From IMG/VR virus record IMGVR_UViG_3300025102_000037, positions 1-54,439 of that record: a DNA stretch of 54,439 nt; one strand, given 5' to 3'. Positions within the stretch are counted from its first letter, which is position 1. Each line of letters begins with the position of its first letter. Positions 10,142 through 22,000 of this stretch are shown piece after piece. The notes beneath the pieces were generated by a model. The model searched no databases, was not told where the DNA came from, and saw only the letters and a list, made by a program, of their open reading frames with translations. Source of the DNA: a virus. Lineage: Duplodnaviria; Caudoviricetes. The position numbers and the translations under genes are program-made.

Positions 10142-10788
10142 TGGTAGCAACACTGGTAGGAATGCAAGTAGCTGGTCAAATTATGGGCAGCATTATGGGC
10201 GGATATGCTCAAGCGGAACAACATGCTAGACAAGATATGCAGTTTAGACAACAGGAGTTTCAGCGTAATCTTGAGGTAGATAGAGTTAATGATATTGCAA
10301 ACCAAAAGAATGCACAAAGACTTATTACTAATAGACAATTGGCTATGTCTGCAGGAAAGCAATATGAAGCTACTTTGCAAGACAACTTACGAGGATTCCA
10401 GGCTAATCAACGAGCTTTATACAATGCATTTGCAGCTAGTAAGTCTTCTACAAAAATGGCATTGGCTGGCAAAAACATGTCAAGTAGCTCAGGAACCGGA
10501 GCAGCTTTATTAAGAATGAGTAAACAGAACGCTAAGATGAGCCATCAAAATTTAATTATGAGTAAAAATATTGCTGATAGAAACGCAGATACTCAGCGTC
10601 AAAATGTATTAAATAGCAGAAACTTAAACATGGAACCCGCGACTCATTTTGTTCCCGGCATTTCTCCAGCTGGCGATCCCGGTGCTGCTATTGCAGCAGG
10701 TTGGATTGGTGCTATTGGAGCAGGTGCTGGGGCTGCAATTGGAGCTGGCATGGGTGGTAGTAAACCTGCACCAGCAGGAGGTGGATAA
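10141..10788 (+). CDS. Internal virion protein B (T7 gp14-like)
   Basis: ~215 aa, A/G/Q-rich with hydrophobic Gly/Ala-rich termini; first of three coupled genes of increasing size. ATG overlaps the TerL stop. Confidence 0.6.
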   Translation: MVATLVGMQVAGQIMGSIMGGYAQAEQHARQDMQFRQQEFQRNLEVDRVNDIANQKNAQRLITNRQLAMSAGKQYEATLQDNLRGFQANQRALYNAFAASKSSTKMALAGKNMSSSSGTGAALLRMSKQNAKMSHQNLIMSKNIADRNADTQRQNVLNSRNLNMEPATHFVPGISPAGDPGAAIAAGWIGAIGAGAGAAIGAGMGGSKPAPAGGG

Positions 10789-13700
10789 TGCCAAGACCAG
10801 ATAACAAACGAGCCAAGCAGGGCAGACCAACAGATCCTAGAACCACAGTGTTTCAGGAAGCGTTTACTCCCAATATGCCATCTGCTCAGCAAAATGTATT
10901 TATTAAACCGGGACCAGAGATTATTGATCAACCATCTAAAACTTCGTACGGAAACATGGTGCCGGGACCGTCTGGTGAGTTAGAGGTTTTAAAGGGAATT
11001 GTTGGTGGATTTAATAAAGGTGTAGATGCCTATAATCGAGTACATCAAGATAGAGTAAAACGCGATAGAGAAAAAGCAGATAAAATTTTTAATCAAGAGT
11101 ATGTAAAGGTAACTCTTGCCGATGGCTCTACTGATATGGTTAAAAAAGGCGGTCGACAGCACACCAAATATTTAGAAGAACAAAAGGTTGATCCCGATAC
11201 AATCACATCTATGACTGATGGTACAGATGTATCTTCTTTTGAGCATAAAAGAGAAAGACTACAAGGTTTATTAGGTGGAATGACTAGAGAGGGTAGGCAG
11301 TATACTAAAACAAAATTAAATAGTGCAGGCAAAGTACATCAACGTAACTTAGATCAACAGGCGGCTAATCAATTAAGAATAGATTTAGCTGGGGCCAAAA
11401 CTGAAACTGAAAGAGAGGCTGTTTTAGATGCTGCTGAAACAAACGGTTATGTAGAAAATGGCGATGAATGGACAATGATTCAAGTTGAGCGGGCTAAGAT
11501 TGCTACTCGACAAGCTGATGCTGCAGAGTCAATGGCATTAAGTGAGTTTGAAAAAGACTGGCGGATGGCATATAACGAAATGGATGTTGCTGACTCTCGT
11601 GCATTAGGAAGAGATTTTATTACTGATAGAATAATCGATAGTGGTGTCTTTGATGATATTCTTAAGGTTAAAGAGTTTGATGCGAAGGGTAACAAAAAAG
11701 ATGAAAAAGATATAAAGGCTGCAAGAGAGTTGGCGTATGACAGTGCTGTTGATTTGCAAGCTAAAATTGAAAATATGGCTGATGATTTTGAAGTAAAGCA
11801 ATCTGAATTGCAAAGACAACATCGGGAGTATTTAGAAAAAGCTAACGATGAGGAATTCTATGCTAACTGGGATGGTATGGATACTGCTAAAAAATTAAAA
11901 AATCTTAGCTCTTGGGAAACAAGATTAAAAACTACTAAAACACGACAGGGATTAGAGTTTGATGAAGATGCTCTAAGGGTCGAAAAAACAAAACTTTTAA
12001 AAGAAATGCTTGATGATTTATCCTCCGATGATACTGGATCTTTATTATTAAGATTAGCAGATGATTTAGGTATTGACGGAGCAACAAACTTTAATGGCAG
12101 AGACTTAGCTGAATTAGTTACAAGAAGATTAGGTGATGCACTTGGCTTAACAGAGCAATTAGAAAATGACAATGTGCATACACAATCTGCATTTAATTCT
12201 GCAGAAGATGCTTTTGTTTCTGATATTGCTACACAACAAGATCGACTTAGAACATTTGTTTTATCTCGTGGTAGTATGAATTTGTACGAGCAGGCAGCAA
12301 TTCAAGAAGAAATTGTTGGTTTAGATACTCGTAAAGACCTATATCAAAAGGCAGATGAAGCAGGCAAGATAAAAATTTTAACCGACCTTAATTTTCTTGG
12401 TCCCCCTACTGATTTAGATGGAGAAATTGGCAGAACACTGGATGGACCTGAGTGGCAAGATCTATATGAAGGCATGGCTCAAGCTCAAGCACAAAGTTAT
12501 GAAGCTAATTTTACAGCGAGAATTAATGAGAATATCAAAGATGTAACATTAGATCCTACAAAACCTTTATTAACTTATGAAGATTGGCTATCAGACACAG
12601 ACTATAGAGTTAGTTATATTGATTCTAGATTAACTTCTTTGGATGGGAATACTGATTTTCTCGTGGAATTTGTAGAAACTACAGATCCAGAAGCTAGAGT
12701 TAAATTGCTGGCAGAGGCATTAGAGGGCAAAGGAAATAGACCTGAAACTATTAGAGCGCTTACTGAAAAAATGTCTCAACAACTAGGCGATGAGCAACGA
12801 AAGTTTGGACAATTATCAAGCTCAGCCAGTAGTGATCTAATGCGGAGGCAAGCAGCAGCAAGGGCTGCATTAGAAAATCAATCTCTTCGAGAAAAAGCAG
12901 TTGCTGCATTAAATAAAAATGGTCTTGATATATCTTCAGTTACGCAATTACCAAAAGATACTGATCATTCAGGTAAGGTTAATAGAGAGGCTTACAGATT
13001 AGTTTCTACAGATGCGTATGTTAATGGTTGGAATGCTTTATCTTCTAGAGCTTTGCCTTCAGCATTATATGATAGCACTACACCGGGTGGTCAAATTCTT
13101 AATACACTTATTTCTGATGAAGGATTTAGACCGGCTCTTGAAGCTCTTCGAGAGGGAGATGTTGCCGCTATCGGTGAGTGGATCACTGGACTAGAAGAAG
13201 ATGGCAAACTGCAGCAACAAGATACACAGGCTGTAGGTGAAATTTTACAAATCTTAGATTATAGTACTTACTCAGGTGCAGGTGGTTTTACTGTTAGAAG
13301 ATATGACACTCCTATTGCAATGAAGTTACAGGCTTCTATGTTAGCTCAAGTTGTTAACTTAGAAGGAAAGACTTATACTATTGATGATCCTAATTTGGTA
13401 GGAACGCCTCAAGAATTTAAGTTTAAAATTACAGAAGCAGCTAACTTTAAAGAAAATATTACCGCTCAAATTTTTGATGCCTTTGGTGAACTTACTGAGG
13501 GTGGAGAGAATGAAAGACAGATAACTTTATTTTATCGTGAACTAATTGAAGATATGTATATTGCTAAAGAACTAGAAGCAATTGGCACTTCAGTTGATGA
13601 TGAAAACGAAAGAAATCAAAGAATGCTTGCTATTGATAGTGGTTTATTCTTACGAAGTCCTGAGTTTGTTCAAGCGGCACAAGAGTTTGGATTGACCGCA

Positions 13701-16022
13701 GACTTTGCTAAAACTATTCAGCTAACTGGTATGATATTTGGCGGTAACTTTGATGAAACTACATTAGCATCTTTGCCTCCAGAATCTCAAAAGTTAGTTA
13801 GAGATGCCCTTGATTATTTCTTAAGTCCTAATAATGGTTCTGTATTCTCAGAACAGCCCGGTTATGTAGGAGCTGAAAAATCTTTTAGAAGATATTTTCA
13901 AGGCGTAATGTCTGATATTCGAGAGCAAGGAGCTAAAATAAGTTACGCAGATCAGCTTAGAGTTTTATACAAATATGCTACTGGCACTGGAATTAATGCA
14001 GATTATATTTTAAATAATCGTATTCAAACACCCAAAGAATCTTTTTCTGATGAGCAAATTGTAGATATCTTGCAACGGTATGTGCCTGCTGATATGGCTG
14101 AAAGACGAGATGCTGAAGAAATGTCAGAGTTTGTATTTAGAGCTATAAACGATAATCAAACCTTAGATGGCATTAATGCTTTTACTATAATGAATGTATT
14201 AAATAGACAAAACGCTGAAGAACGACCCTTTGTTCTTGGTGAATTAGATCCTGAAGCATTATTCTTTATGGCTTTAAAACCATACGAACTTCCGTTTGAT
14301 ATGCGATATGAATCAATGCTTGGTCCTGTAACTGGCTTTATGCCTAGACCTTTTACAAGAAAAGCTGAGTTTGGCGGCAATATTGTTTTTAGTGCAGAAG
14401 ATGCTTTATTTGCTTCATCTATTCAGAAACAATCAGCTGCTCCTTTTGTTAGAAGTTATGTACAACAGCATCAACATCACGATCAATTTGGTGGATTAAC
14501 GGGCGAACAGTTGACACAAGCAGAAGAAATGGCAACGATATTAGCTGAACAAATTTCCAACAGAGATCAATTTGGTCATCCTACAGATTTGCTTACTGCT
14601 ACTGTAGCTTCAGAAATGATTTTAGCTCAAGTCTCTGGTAGAGCATCTGATATGTTAACTAACTTAATGGCGGGTGCGCCTGCGGATATTACTCCTACAG
14701 ATTATTTAGATTTTGCTGGTATTGGACAACTTATCTATACTGCTAGTGCGTATGGAGATACAACAGCTGAAGAGAATATGGCATTTAGATTGCGTGATGG
14801 CACTAGGTTTGCCTCTGTTCCTAATATAAATCCCTTTGGAGAGATCAGTCCTAACCAACAATATATTACAATTGGCGGAAAAACTAGAGTACTGACCTTA
14901 GGAGATATGCAAGAGGGAAGTCTTGGTGGATCTTATATTTATGACAACCCTCAGTCTTTGCCCAATCAATTAGCTGAAGTTTCTCATCTTGTTCGAGATA
15001 CTAAAAGACGGCCCTCTGAAAATCCGTTACTGTCAACAAACAGATATGGTTTTTCTGTATTGCTTGCAGATATGTCTTTAGAAGATCAAAATGAAGTCTT
15101 AACTAGATTAGAAGATAATCAAAATAATATGATTTTAGATTCTTTAGCAGACTTTGGATATATTACAATTAACGATAAAACAGGTATTATTGATATAAAA
15201 GATGATGCCGTACCGGCTTCTACTTTACAAGACGCAGGTATTAGTATTGGTAATATTGATCCTAATCATTTAGTGTCTATTGATGTAGCTTTAGAAATGG
15301 TTCAACAGCCCTTAGAGTTAAAGAAAAGATATTTAGAATACTTAATGGCTGGTAATCAGGGTGCTGACATGAGTGCATTTATGCAGCAAAAAGGTATGAC
15401 AAGTTTAGCTGGATTACCGAGAAGAGTTTCATTGGGCGAAGAAAAAGTAGATTCAAGATTAGGTACTACTCGAACTCAATTTGGTGACTTTGTTGATCCC
15501 GTTACAGGTCAGCGTACTCAACGAACCTATAGACTTCCCTATGAGTATCAACCAATTCAAACCATTAGTCAATTTGATCCAACATATCAACTTGATGAAA
15601 AAGGTCAAATTATTCCAGAAACTTATGTAGAAGGCGGAGATAGAGAAGGATACGGATATGGCGGAGCAAGTAGGCGAAAACTTTTAGGTTTAGTAAGAAC
15701 TGCTACTGCTAATATTGGAAACTTTTTCACTGATGGTGATTCATATGATGCAGCTCTTGAAAGAGGCAGGGCTGCAATGCGGCAACAACCTACTCGGTAT
15801 TTAAGAGATGCTTCTAAATATGATGTTACTGTTGCTAACTTATTAAATATTAGATATAAAAAAGTAGACGCTAATGGCAATCCTTTACAAAGACCCGGAG
15901 TTTCTAGTCCCTTTAGATCACCAGCTCAAAGAATGGGTATAGAGGAATTTGAAGTAGACGAAGAATTGAGAAGGCAATTAGAAGAACAGCAAACACAAGT
16001 TATCCCTGAAGGGATTGGATAA
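10788..16022 (+). CDS. Large internal virion protein (gp15-like position), 1744 aa
   Basis: RBS AGGAGG. Helical, acidic protein between the gp14-like gene and the giant gene; no catalytic motif recognised. Confidence 0.55.
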   Translation: MPRPDNKRAKQGRPTDPRTTVFQEAFTPNMPSAQQNVFIKPGPEIIDQPSKTSYGNMVPGPSGELEVLKGIVGGFNKGVDAYNRVHQDRVKRDREKADKIFNQEYVKVTLADGSTDMVKKGGRQHTKYLEEQKVDPDTITSMTDGTDVSSFEHKRERLQGLLGGMTREGRQYTKTKLNSAGKVHQRNLDQQAANQLRIDLAGAKTETEREAVLDAAETNGYVENGDEWTMIQVERAKIATRQADAAESMALSEFEKDWRMAYNEMDVADSRALGRDFITDRIIDSGVFDDILKVKEFDAKGNKKDEKDIKAARELAYDSAVDLQAKIENMADDFEVKQSELQRQHREYLEKANDEEFYANWDGMDTAKKLKNLSSWETRLKTTKTRQGLEFDEDALRVEKTKLLKEMLDDLSSDDTGSLLLRLADDLGIDGATNFNGRDLAELVTRRLGDALGLTEQLENDNVHTQSAFNSAEDAFVSDIATQQDRLRTFVLSRGSMNLYEQAAIQEEIVGLDTRKDLYQKADEAGKIKILTDLNFLGPPTDLDGEIGRTLDGPEWQDLYEGMAQAQAQSYEANFTARINENIKDVTLDPTKPLLTYEDWLSDTDYRVSYIDSRLTSLDGNTDFLVEFVETTDPEARVKLLAEALEGKGNRPETIRALTEKMSQQLGDEQRKFGQLSSSASSDLMRRQAAARAALENQSLREKAVAALNKNGLDISSVTQLPKDTDHSGKVNREAYRLVSTDAYVNGWNALSSRALPSALYDSTTPGGQILNTLISDEGFRPALEALREGDVAAIGEWITGLEEDGKLQQQDTQAVGEILQILDYSTYSGAGGFTVRRYDTPIAMKLQASMLAQVVNLEGKTYTIDDPNLVGTPQEFKFKITEAANFKENITAQIFDAFGELTEGGENERQITLFYRELIEDMYIAKELEAIGTSVDDENERNQRMLAIDSGLFLRSPEFVQAAQEFGLTADFAKTIQLTGMIFGGNFDETTLASLPPESQKLVRDALDYFLSPNNGSVFSEQPGYVGAEKSFRRYFQGVMSDIREQGAKISYADQLRVLYKYATGTGINADYILNNRIQTPKESFSDEQIVDILQRYVPADMAERRDAEEMSEFVFRAINDNQTLDGINAFTIMNVLNRQNAEERPFVLGELDPEALFFMALKPYELPFDMRYESMLGPVTGFMPRPFTRKAEFGGNIVFSAEDALFASSIQKQSAAPFVRSYVQQHQHHDQFGGLTGEQLTQAEEMATILAEQISNRDQFGHPTDLLTATVASEMILAQVSGRASDMLTNLMAGAPADITPTDYLDFAGIGQLIYTASAYGDTTAEENMAFRLRDGTRFASVPNINPFGEISPNQQYITIGGKTRVLTLGDMQEGSLGGSYIYDNPQSLPNQLAEVSHLVRDTKRRPSENPLLSTNRYGFSVLLADMSLEDQNEVLTRLEDNQNNMILDSLADFGYITINDKTGIIDIKDDAVPASTLQDAGISIGNIDPNHLVSIDVALEMVQQPLELKKRYLEYLMAGNQGADMSAFMQQKGMTSLAGLPRRVSLGEEKVDSRLGTTRTQFGDFVDPVTGQRTQRTYRLPYEYQPIQTISQFDPTYQLDEKGQIIPETYVEGGDREGYGYGGASRRKLLGLVRTATANIGNFFTDGDSYDAALERGRAAMRQQPTRYLRDASKYDVTVANLLNIRYKKVDANGNPLQRPGVSSPFRSPAQRMGIEEFEVDEELRRQLEEQQTQVIPEGIG

Positions 16023-16034
16023 GGAGATTATCAC

Positions 16035-19000
16035 ATGGGAGAAGCGGAACGTAGATTATTCGAAATCGAAGATCTTAAGAATGTTACTAGAGATCTTCGG
16101 AGAAGACATACAACTTTAGACGGCGGCCAGAATAATGGGTTAACGACTGAAGACTATAATCGAAACCGCGCAATGGATGCCCAAGATCGTACGCTTGAAA
16201 CCTTAGAAAGAAACTATGCATACAGTGAGCATACTGCAAACTCTCAAGCGGCTAACGCTAGAGAAGCTGCAACCTATGGGCAAAAACGATTTGGCAAGAT
16301 GAAAGACAATGCTGTAATAGCCAAGTTCCTCGGTCATAGAGATCCTAAAGGTGCTCAGGCTTATAATGATTTTATGTATAAGATTGCTACTCCCGATGCA
16401 ACAGGTAATTTAAAAATTGCAGATCAAAGAACAACTGGTTGGGCCGCTGCTTCTTCCGCCAGTTGGTTCTTATCTAACGCAGAGTTAGAAAGAGGTATTA
16501 CATCTCGAAATGCTAACAATATTAAAATTAATATGAATCTTATGCGAGGCGGTTTACGAGATTATTTTGAAGGCGAAGGTCTTAAAGAATATCGTGGTGA
16601 TGAAGAAATTGAACGAGGAATGGATAGTATCACTGTTGCGGGAGATGGTTGGAATGTAAACCCATTAAACTTTGATGAATCTTTTGATGCTTTTGGATTG
16701 ATGGATTCTCCTGATCTTCAAGCGCTTCGTTATACTGATTCTAATTTTAGTGCCGATACTTATTTAAACGAGATTCAAGAAATTAATCCTGAGTTTGTTT
16801 CTTTAATGAATAAATCCGGCGTTGATATGGATGTTTTAAAACAAACCGGCAACGCTAATGAGTTTTGGTGGAATGTTAACAGAGGCATTGCTATGTTGGG
16901 TGCTGCCAATACTATTGCTCATTGGAAAGAAACAGTTCCAGAATATCAAGAGTGGGCAATGATGGCTAAGGATTTTGTTAGAGATTCTTTAATGAATGAC
17001 CCTGACTTTGCGGGTGAGCTTGTTATTGGCGGGATGTTAGCCTTGTCTACAGGACCTGTTGGAATAGCAGCTCTAACTGGTTTAAAAGTAGCAAAACATG
17101 TTGGCAAGGGTAAGAAGTTTGCTAGAACTTTAGTTAATGCAGCTCGAACCATGAGAAAGGCTGCACAAAAAGCTAACAATGCTTTGCCTCAAAACTGGGG
17201 TCTTAGTATTGGATATGGACTTAGAAAAACTGCTGTAGGTAGATTCTTAAATGTAACTTCAGATGATTTTATTGTAGACGGTATGAAGTTTGGTACCACA
17301 AGAAAATACGGTTCTAAACTTACTGGGTACATGATGGCGGAACTTCCTGCTGGTTTTGTCGAAGAAGGTATTGCTGGAGCATACAATGCTTACAGTATGA
17401 ATCAGACTCAAGTAGGTAGAGATCAAGACCTGTTTAAAGCCTTTATTGATGAGGGTGTTGCAGGGTCTTTGGTTAGAGCTTTTGGTATTAATCCTGCTTT
17501 AAGAAGTATTAACTTTGGTATGAGATACACTGGAGCTAAAGCAGAAAAGTATTTAGTTGATAACTTTGGTAGCATGTTTGATGAAGATGCCGATGGTATG
17601 GGATGGACTCGCAATATTGGTGCATTCTTTCACAGAGCGAAACAAATCACTTCTTTAGATGATACTACTTTCTTATCTAATGAATTAGATGCATTAGATG
17701 TAATGATTGCCTTAGATGAATTAAATATGACTGAGGCAGAAGCGATTGCTGAAATTGAAGGTAGTAATGTACAAGAGCTGGTTAATAAACATCCAGCTTT
17801 GCAAGCAATTGCTACAATGTTAGAGTTTGATAAAGAAGGTAATATTATTGGTAGGGAAACTCTTACTGATGGTAAGAAGGGTGAATTAAAACTTGTTAAG
17901 TTAATTCGTAAAACAAGAGAAGATATTGCCCGGCAAAAATTAGGTATTGATCGTACCGAAGACTTTACCGAACAAGAAGGCGATACCGAAGATGTAAGAA
18001 AGTTTAAAGCTGAGCAAAGAGAAAAGATTGCTAAAGAAGTTAAAGAAGGCACTGTTAGTAAGGATGAATTTAATCTTGCTCTTATGGGGGCCGTCTGGGG
18101 TAAACTGGATAGCGAAGCAAAATCAGCTTCAGAAGCTAGAGCACATAGAGATGCTGCATATTTCCAAATGAGCTTACGATCTTTGGCGTTAGAAAAACAT
18201 CAAGAGATGAAGAAGACTAATCCTAAAGCAACATTCCAAGAAGCCTTTGATGCTGTCTTAGATGATCCCGACTTGTTAATTAAGATGGATCAAGGCGGTG
18301 TTTCTAGAGAAATTGACCAAATTATTGCAGAACAACATCCCGATTTATACGAGACAGCTACAGATGAAAATAGTGGTGAGGAATATTTTGTTCCTAAAAA
18401 AGATACAGAAGATAGAAAGTATAGTGAAGAACTAGCTAAGCATCGCAGAAATGTAGACTTTGATACGCAACTTGCTGCTATTAAAGCACACAGAAAGCGG
18501 CTTGGTATTGTTAAAGATATGCGATTTGCTATTGATGATGCACTGCAAGAAAAAGCAAATACCGCATTCCGCGAGTTAAATAATAAAATTAATCACGAAG
18601 CTAGTTTTAATACTGTTGTTGAATTTATTGAAGCTAACGATGATGGTAGTACGCTTATCATTGACGGAGGCAAAGGTTTAATTGAAGATCTTAATGATGC
18701 TGATATTATTGAAGTAACAGTTAATATGCGTGGTGTTAAAATGCCAATGAGACTTTCTGTGCGTAGACCCAAAGCATTTGAGAGAAAAGGTAGGGGCCAA
18801 ACTCTTAAAACTGTTAAGGTTGAAGTTCAAGCACTAACTGTAGAAAAATATGATAGTGTTAGAGAAATGCTTAACAAGCTTCAAATTGTTACAGGTATTG
18901 ATGAGGTTAAAGCAGCAGAAAAGCTTAGACCTTTAATTAAACAAGCGATTGCAGACAGACTAGGTATTAAAGATGCGTCTGATACTGATCTTGTTGCTAT

Positions 19001-22000
19001 GTTTACAGGCTTGCGTCGAGCTCAAGGAAGAGAATTAACTGAAGCTGAAGCTGATTTAATTAAAGGATTAAAATCGGATTCTAAAAAGAATAGACAAAGA
19101 AAGATTAATTCTAGAACAGCTATGATTGATCTTATCCAAAACGATCTTACAGAAGTAGCTGTAGGCCAGTTAAGTGTACAATATTTTGATGGGATTGGTT
19201 TGGATTCTTCAAATGTTTTAGCACGACTATCTGATCCAGAAGCTAGCAGATTTATTCTTACTATTGAAAATGCAAGAAAAGAAGCACAAGATAATTTGGC
19301 ATTATCCGAAGTCTTAAGCGGTTTAGGTGGTATGTTTAATATTGAAATTGTTCCTGATGCTGATCCTAGAGCGATTGCCGAAAGAGATCTTATTAGACAG
19401 AAAGATGCTGCTAAAGTAAAAGCTATGAACCTTAAGGGCAAAGCATTAACCGCTGAGCTTGATAGATTGGGTCTTAAAAAATCTGGTAACGCAAAAGCTA
19501 AAAAAGAACGTGTGGCTCAAGCGTATGCTAGGCTTTTAGAGGAAGGCAAGCCTATTGATGGTAAACCGGAAGCAGAAGCCAAGCCCGAAGAGCCAGCTAA
19601 AGAGCCAACGGCTGAAGAAACAGAAATTACAGAGATTGAAAGTAGATTAGCTGAAATTGCAAAAATGGAAGCTGAATCAAAAGAAAATAATCAAGAGCTT
19701 GCGGTTCATATTATTGAAGAAAAAGAAAGATTAACTGAAAGGTTAAATGAACTTAAAGAAAAGCAACCTGAAACAGAAGACGAAGGTAGGGGTATTACAT
19801 TTGATCCTGCCGATGCACGAAGACCCGGAGTAGATCAAGAAACTAATGATTTAATGAACAAGTTTCTTCAAGAAGCAACAGATCCTACTTTACCCAGAGG
19901 ATCTATTGAAAGATCAGAAGACAGGCTTGTTGCTCTTAAAAAAATGAAAGACGGTAAAGTTCTGGACGAAAAAGAATCAGATGCTATTGACGCTCTTATT
20001 CGCGAAGAAACGGAAAGATTAGAACGAAGAAAAGCCGAGCAAGTTGAAGAAGAGTCTCCTGTTGAAGTTGAAGTGTTACAAGCTGTAGAGGAGTCTATGG
20101 ACGAGAGTGCTAAAACAACCGACGCAAAAACTGGCGATGCTATTGATCAGGCTAATAAGGATGCTGATAGTGGTGAAATTATTGCTGAAGATGGTACTGT
20201 ATCAGAAGATGGAAAAAAAGCTGCAGCTATTCGTACAGAACGACAGGCAAATACCGATAGGGCAGTTGACTCTCAACGAAAGGCAGAAGATGCAGATACG
20301 AGCAGTCAGCGAGTTAAAGAAAATTACAATACGCGAAGACCAATAATTTTACAAGAGCTTCGTAGTATTGAAGCTGAGAGAGAAAGACTTCGTGAGGAAG
20401 CACGAGAACAAGAAGGCGAAAAATTTGATGACGAAGATTTTGCTACGCGAAAAGATGTTGTTAAGTTAGATCAAAGAGAAGCTAAACTTAAAAAAGAATT
20501 AGCAACTATGGAAGAAGCATTGGGTAATGCATCGCAACGTATAGCAGAAAAAAATAAAGATGCATTGCAAAAGGCACAAGTTAAGGAAGAAGAACTTAAG
20601 GAAAGAGAAAATGCTCTTGCTCCCGATATGGATCAGTCTATTGCTGAAAATGTCTGGGCTCAAATTGAAGTAAGACGTATGAAGAAAGACAAAGCCAACG
20701 ATGCCAGAAGAATTCTTCGTAAACTTAAAGAAAAAAATCCGCAGCCCACTATTGAAGAAATGCATGCAGCTTTGCTAGAGGTAGGTTTTAGTGAGTTTGA
20801 TGCTAAAACAATTGCAAACTTTATGACAGAAGAAGTTAATGGTGCAATTGAAGCTGATAAAAAGTTATCTAAAAAAGAAAAGGAAAGAAAAAAGTTAACT
20901 AATATTCGAGAACGTGGCGATACTACAATTAATCAAGATCACTTTAATACAGCATATGAAGCATTTAAGAAACGATTAAAGACTGAAGCTGAAGGTGAGT
21001 TAACTCAACGAGAGCTGCGTCAAGCAAAAATTATGGCTCTGTATGGTAAAGAGGAATGGGAAAGAGTTCGTGCCGCTAGCAATCCAGATATTGAATTAGA
21101 TATTGCATTAGAAGGTAATGATGCTATTGTTCCCATTAGAGGTAAACCTTTTACTGGTTTAATTAATACTGCCTTTGATCCCGTTGACAGAAACGGTATT
21201 GATATGTCTGACGATGATAAAACAGCCGTTTTAAACGCTAATAATCAACTTGCTTTAATTAAAGCTTTGGAAAGAGCTATTAATAACCTTGCAACTATTG
21301 AAGGCAGAACCACCATTACTAGTGCAGAGTTAGCCAGCTTTGCTTTAGCTGTTGGAAAAAGAAAAGGGTTTGATGTTAATGTAGGTCAACTCTTTGCTAA
21401 AATGAATTGGGCTGTTATCTTTAGAGAATCTATGGTGACAGGTGTTGATGAAGGCGTTGAATACTTTGATCCTGAAAGTTTATTAGATGAGTTAATGATG
21501 CACAAGGCTCGTCTTGAATATAAGACAAGAGGTAGGAAGACTAAGCTTCGAGCATTGGAAGCACAAAAAGAATCTCTTAGTCGCGATGAGCACTTGCAAG
21601 ATGAAGAGTTATTGTTAGAAGAAACTTTAGAAATTGCTGAAGGTGATTCAGATACTCTTAAAGAATTGGGTCGTATTTTATTCAGAAGCGAAACTAGTTC
21701 CTTAAGAGGTCAGTTCTTAGTAGGTATTGATCCTACTAGTAGAAAGTTGGTTAGAACATCTAATAAAGCAGAGTACGAAGCTACAGTCTTAGGTGCTATT
21801 GAAGAACGAATGAAGTTGTATTTTGCACAGCCAAGAAAGTTAGCCAAGATTGTTAACTTCTTAGTAGAAGAAGGATTATTGGATCCCTCATATAGAGATA
21901 ATACATCTCCAGATCAGACGGCACAAAAAATGTATGTGCAAGCTGTAGCTCAATACTTAAGAACATATCCGGGGAATAAGTCTGGTGACTTGTCTTCTTG

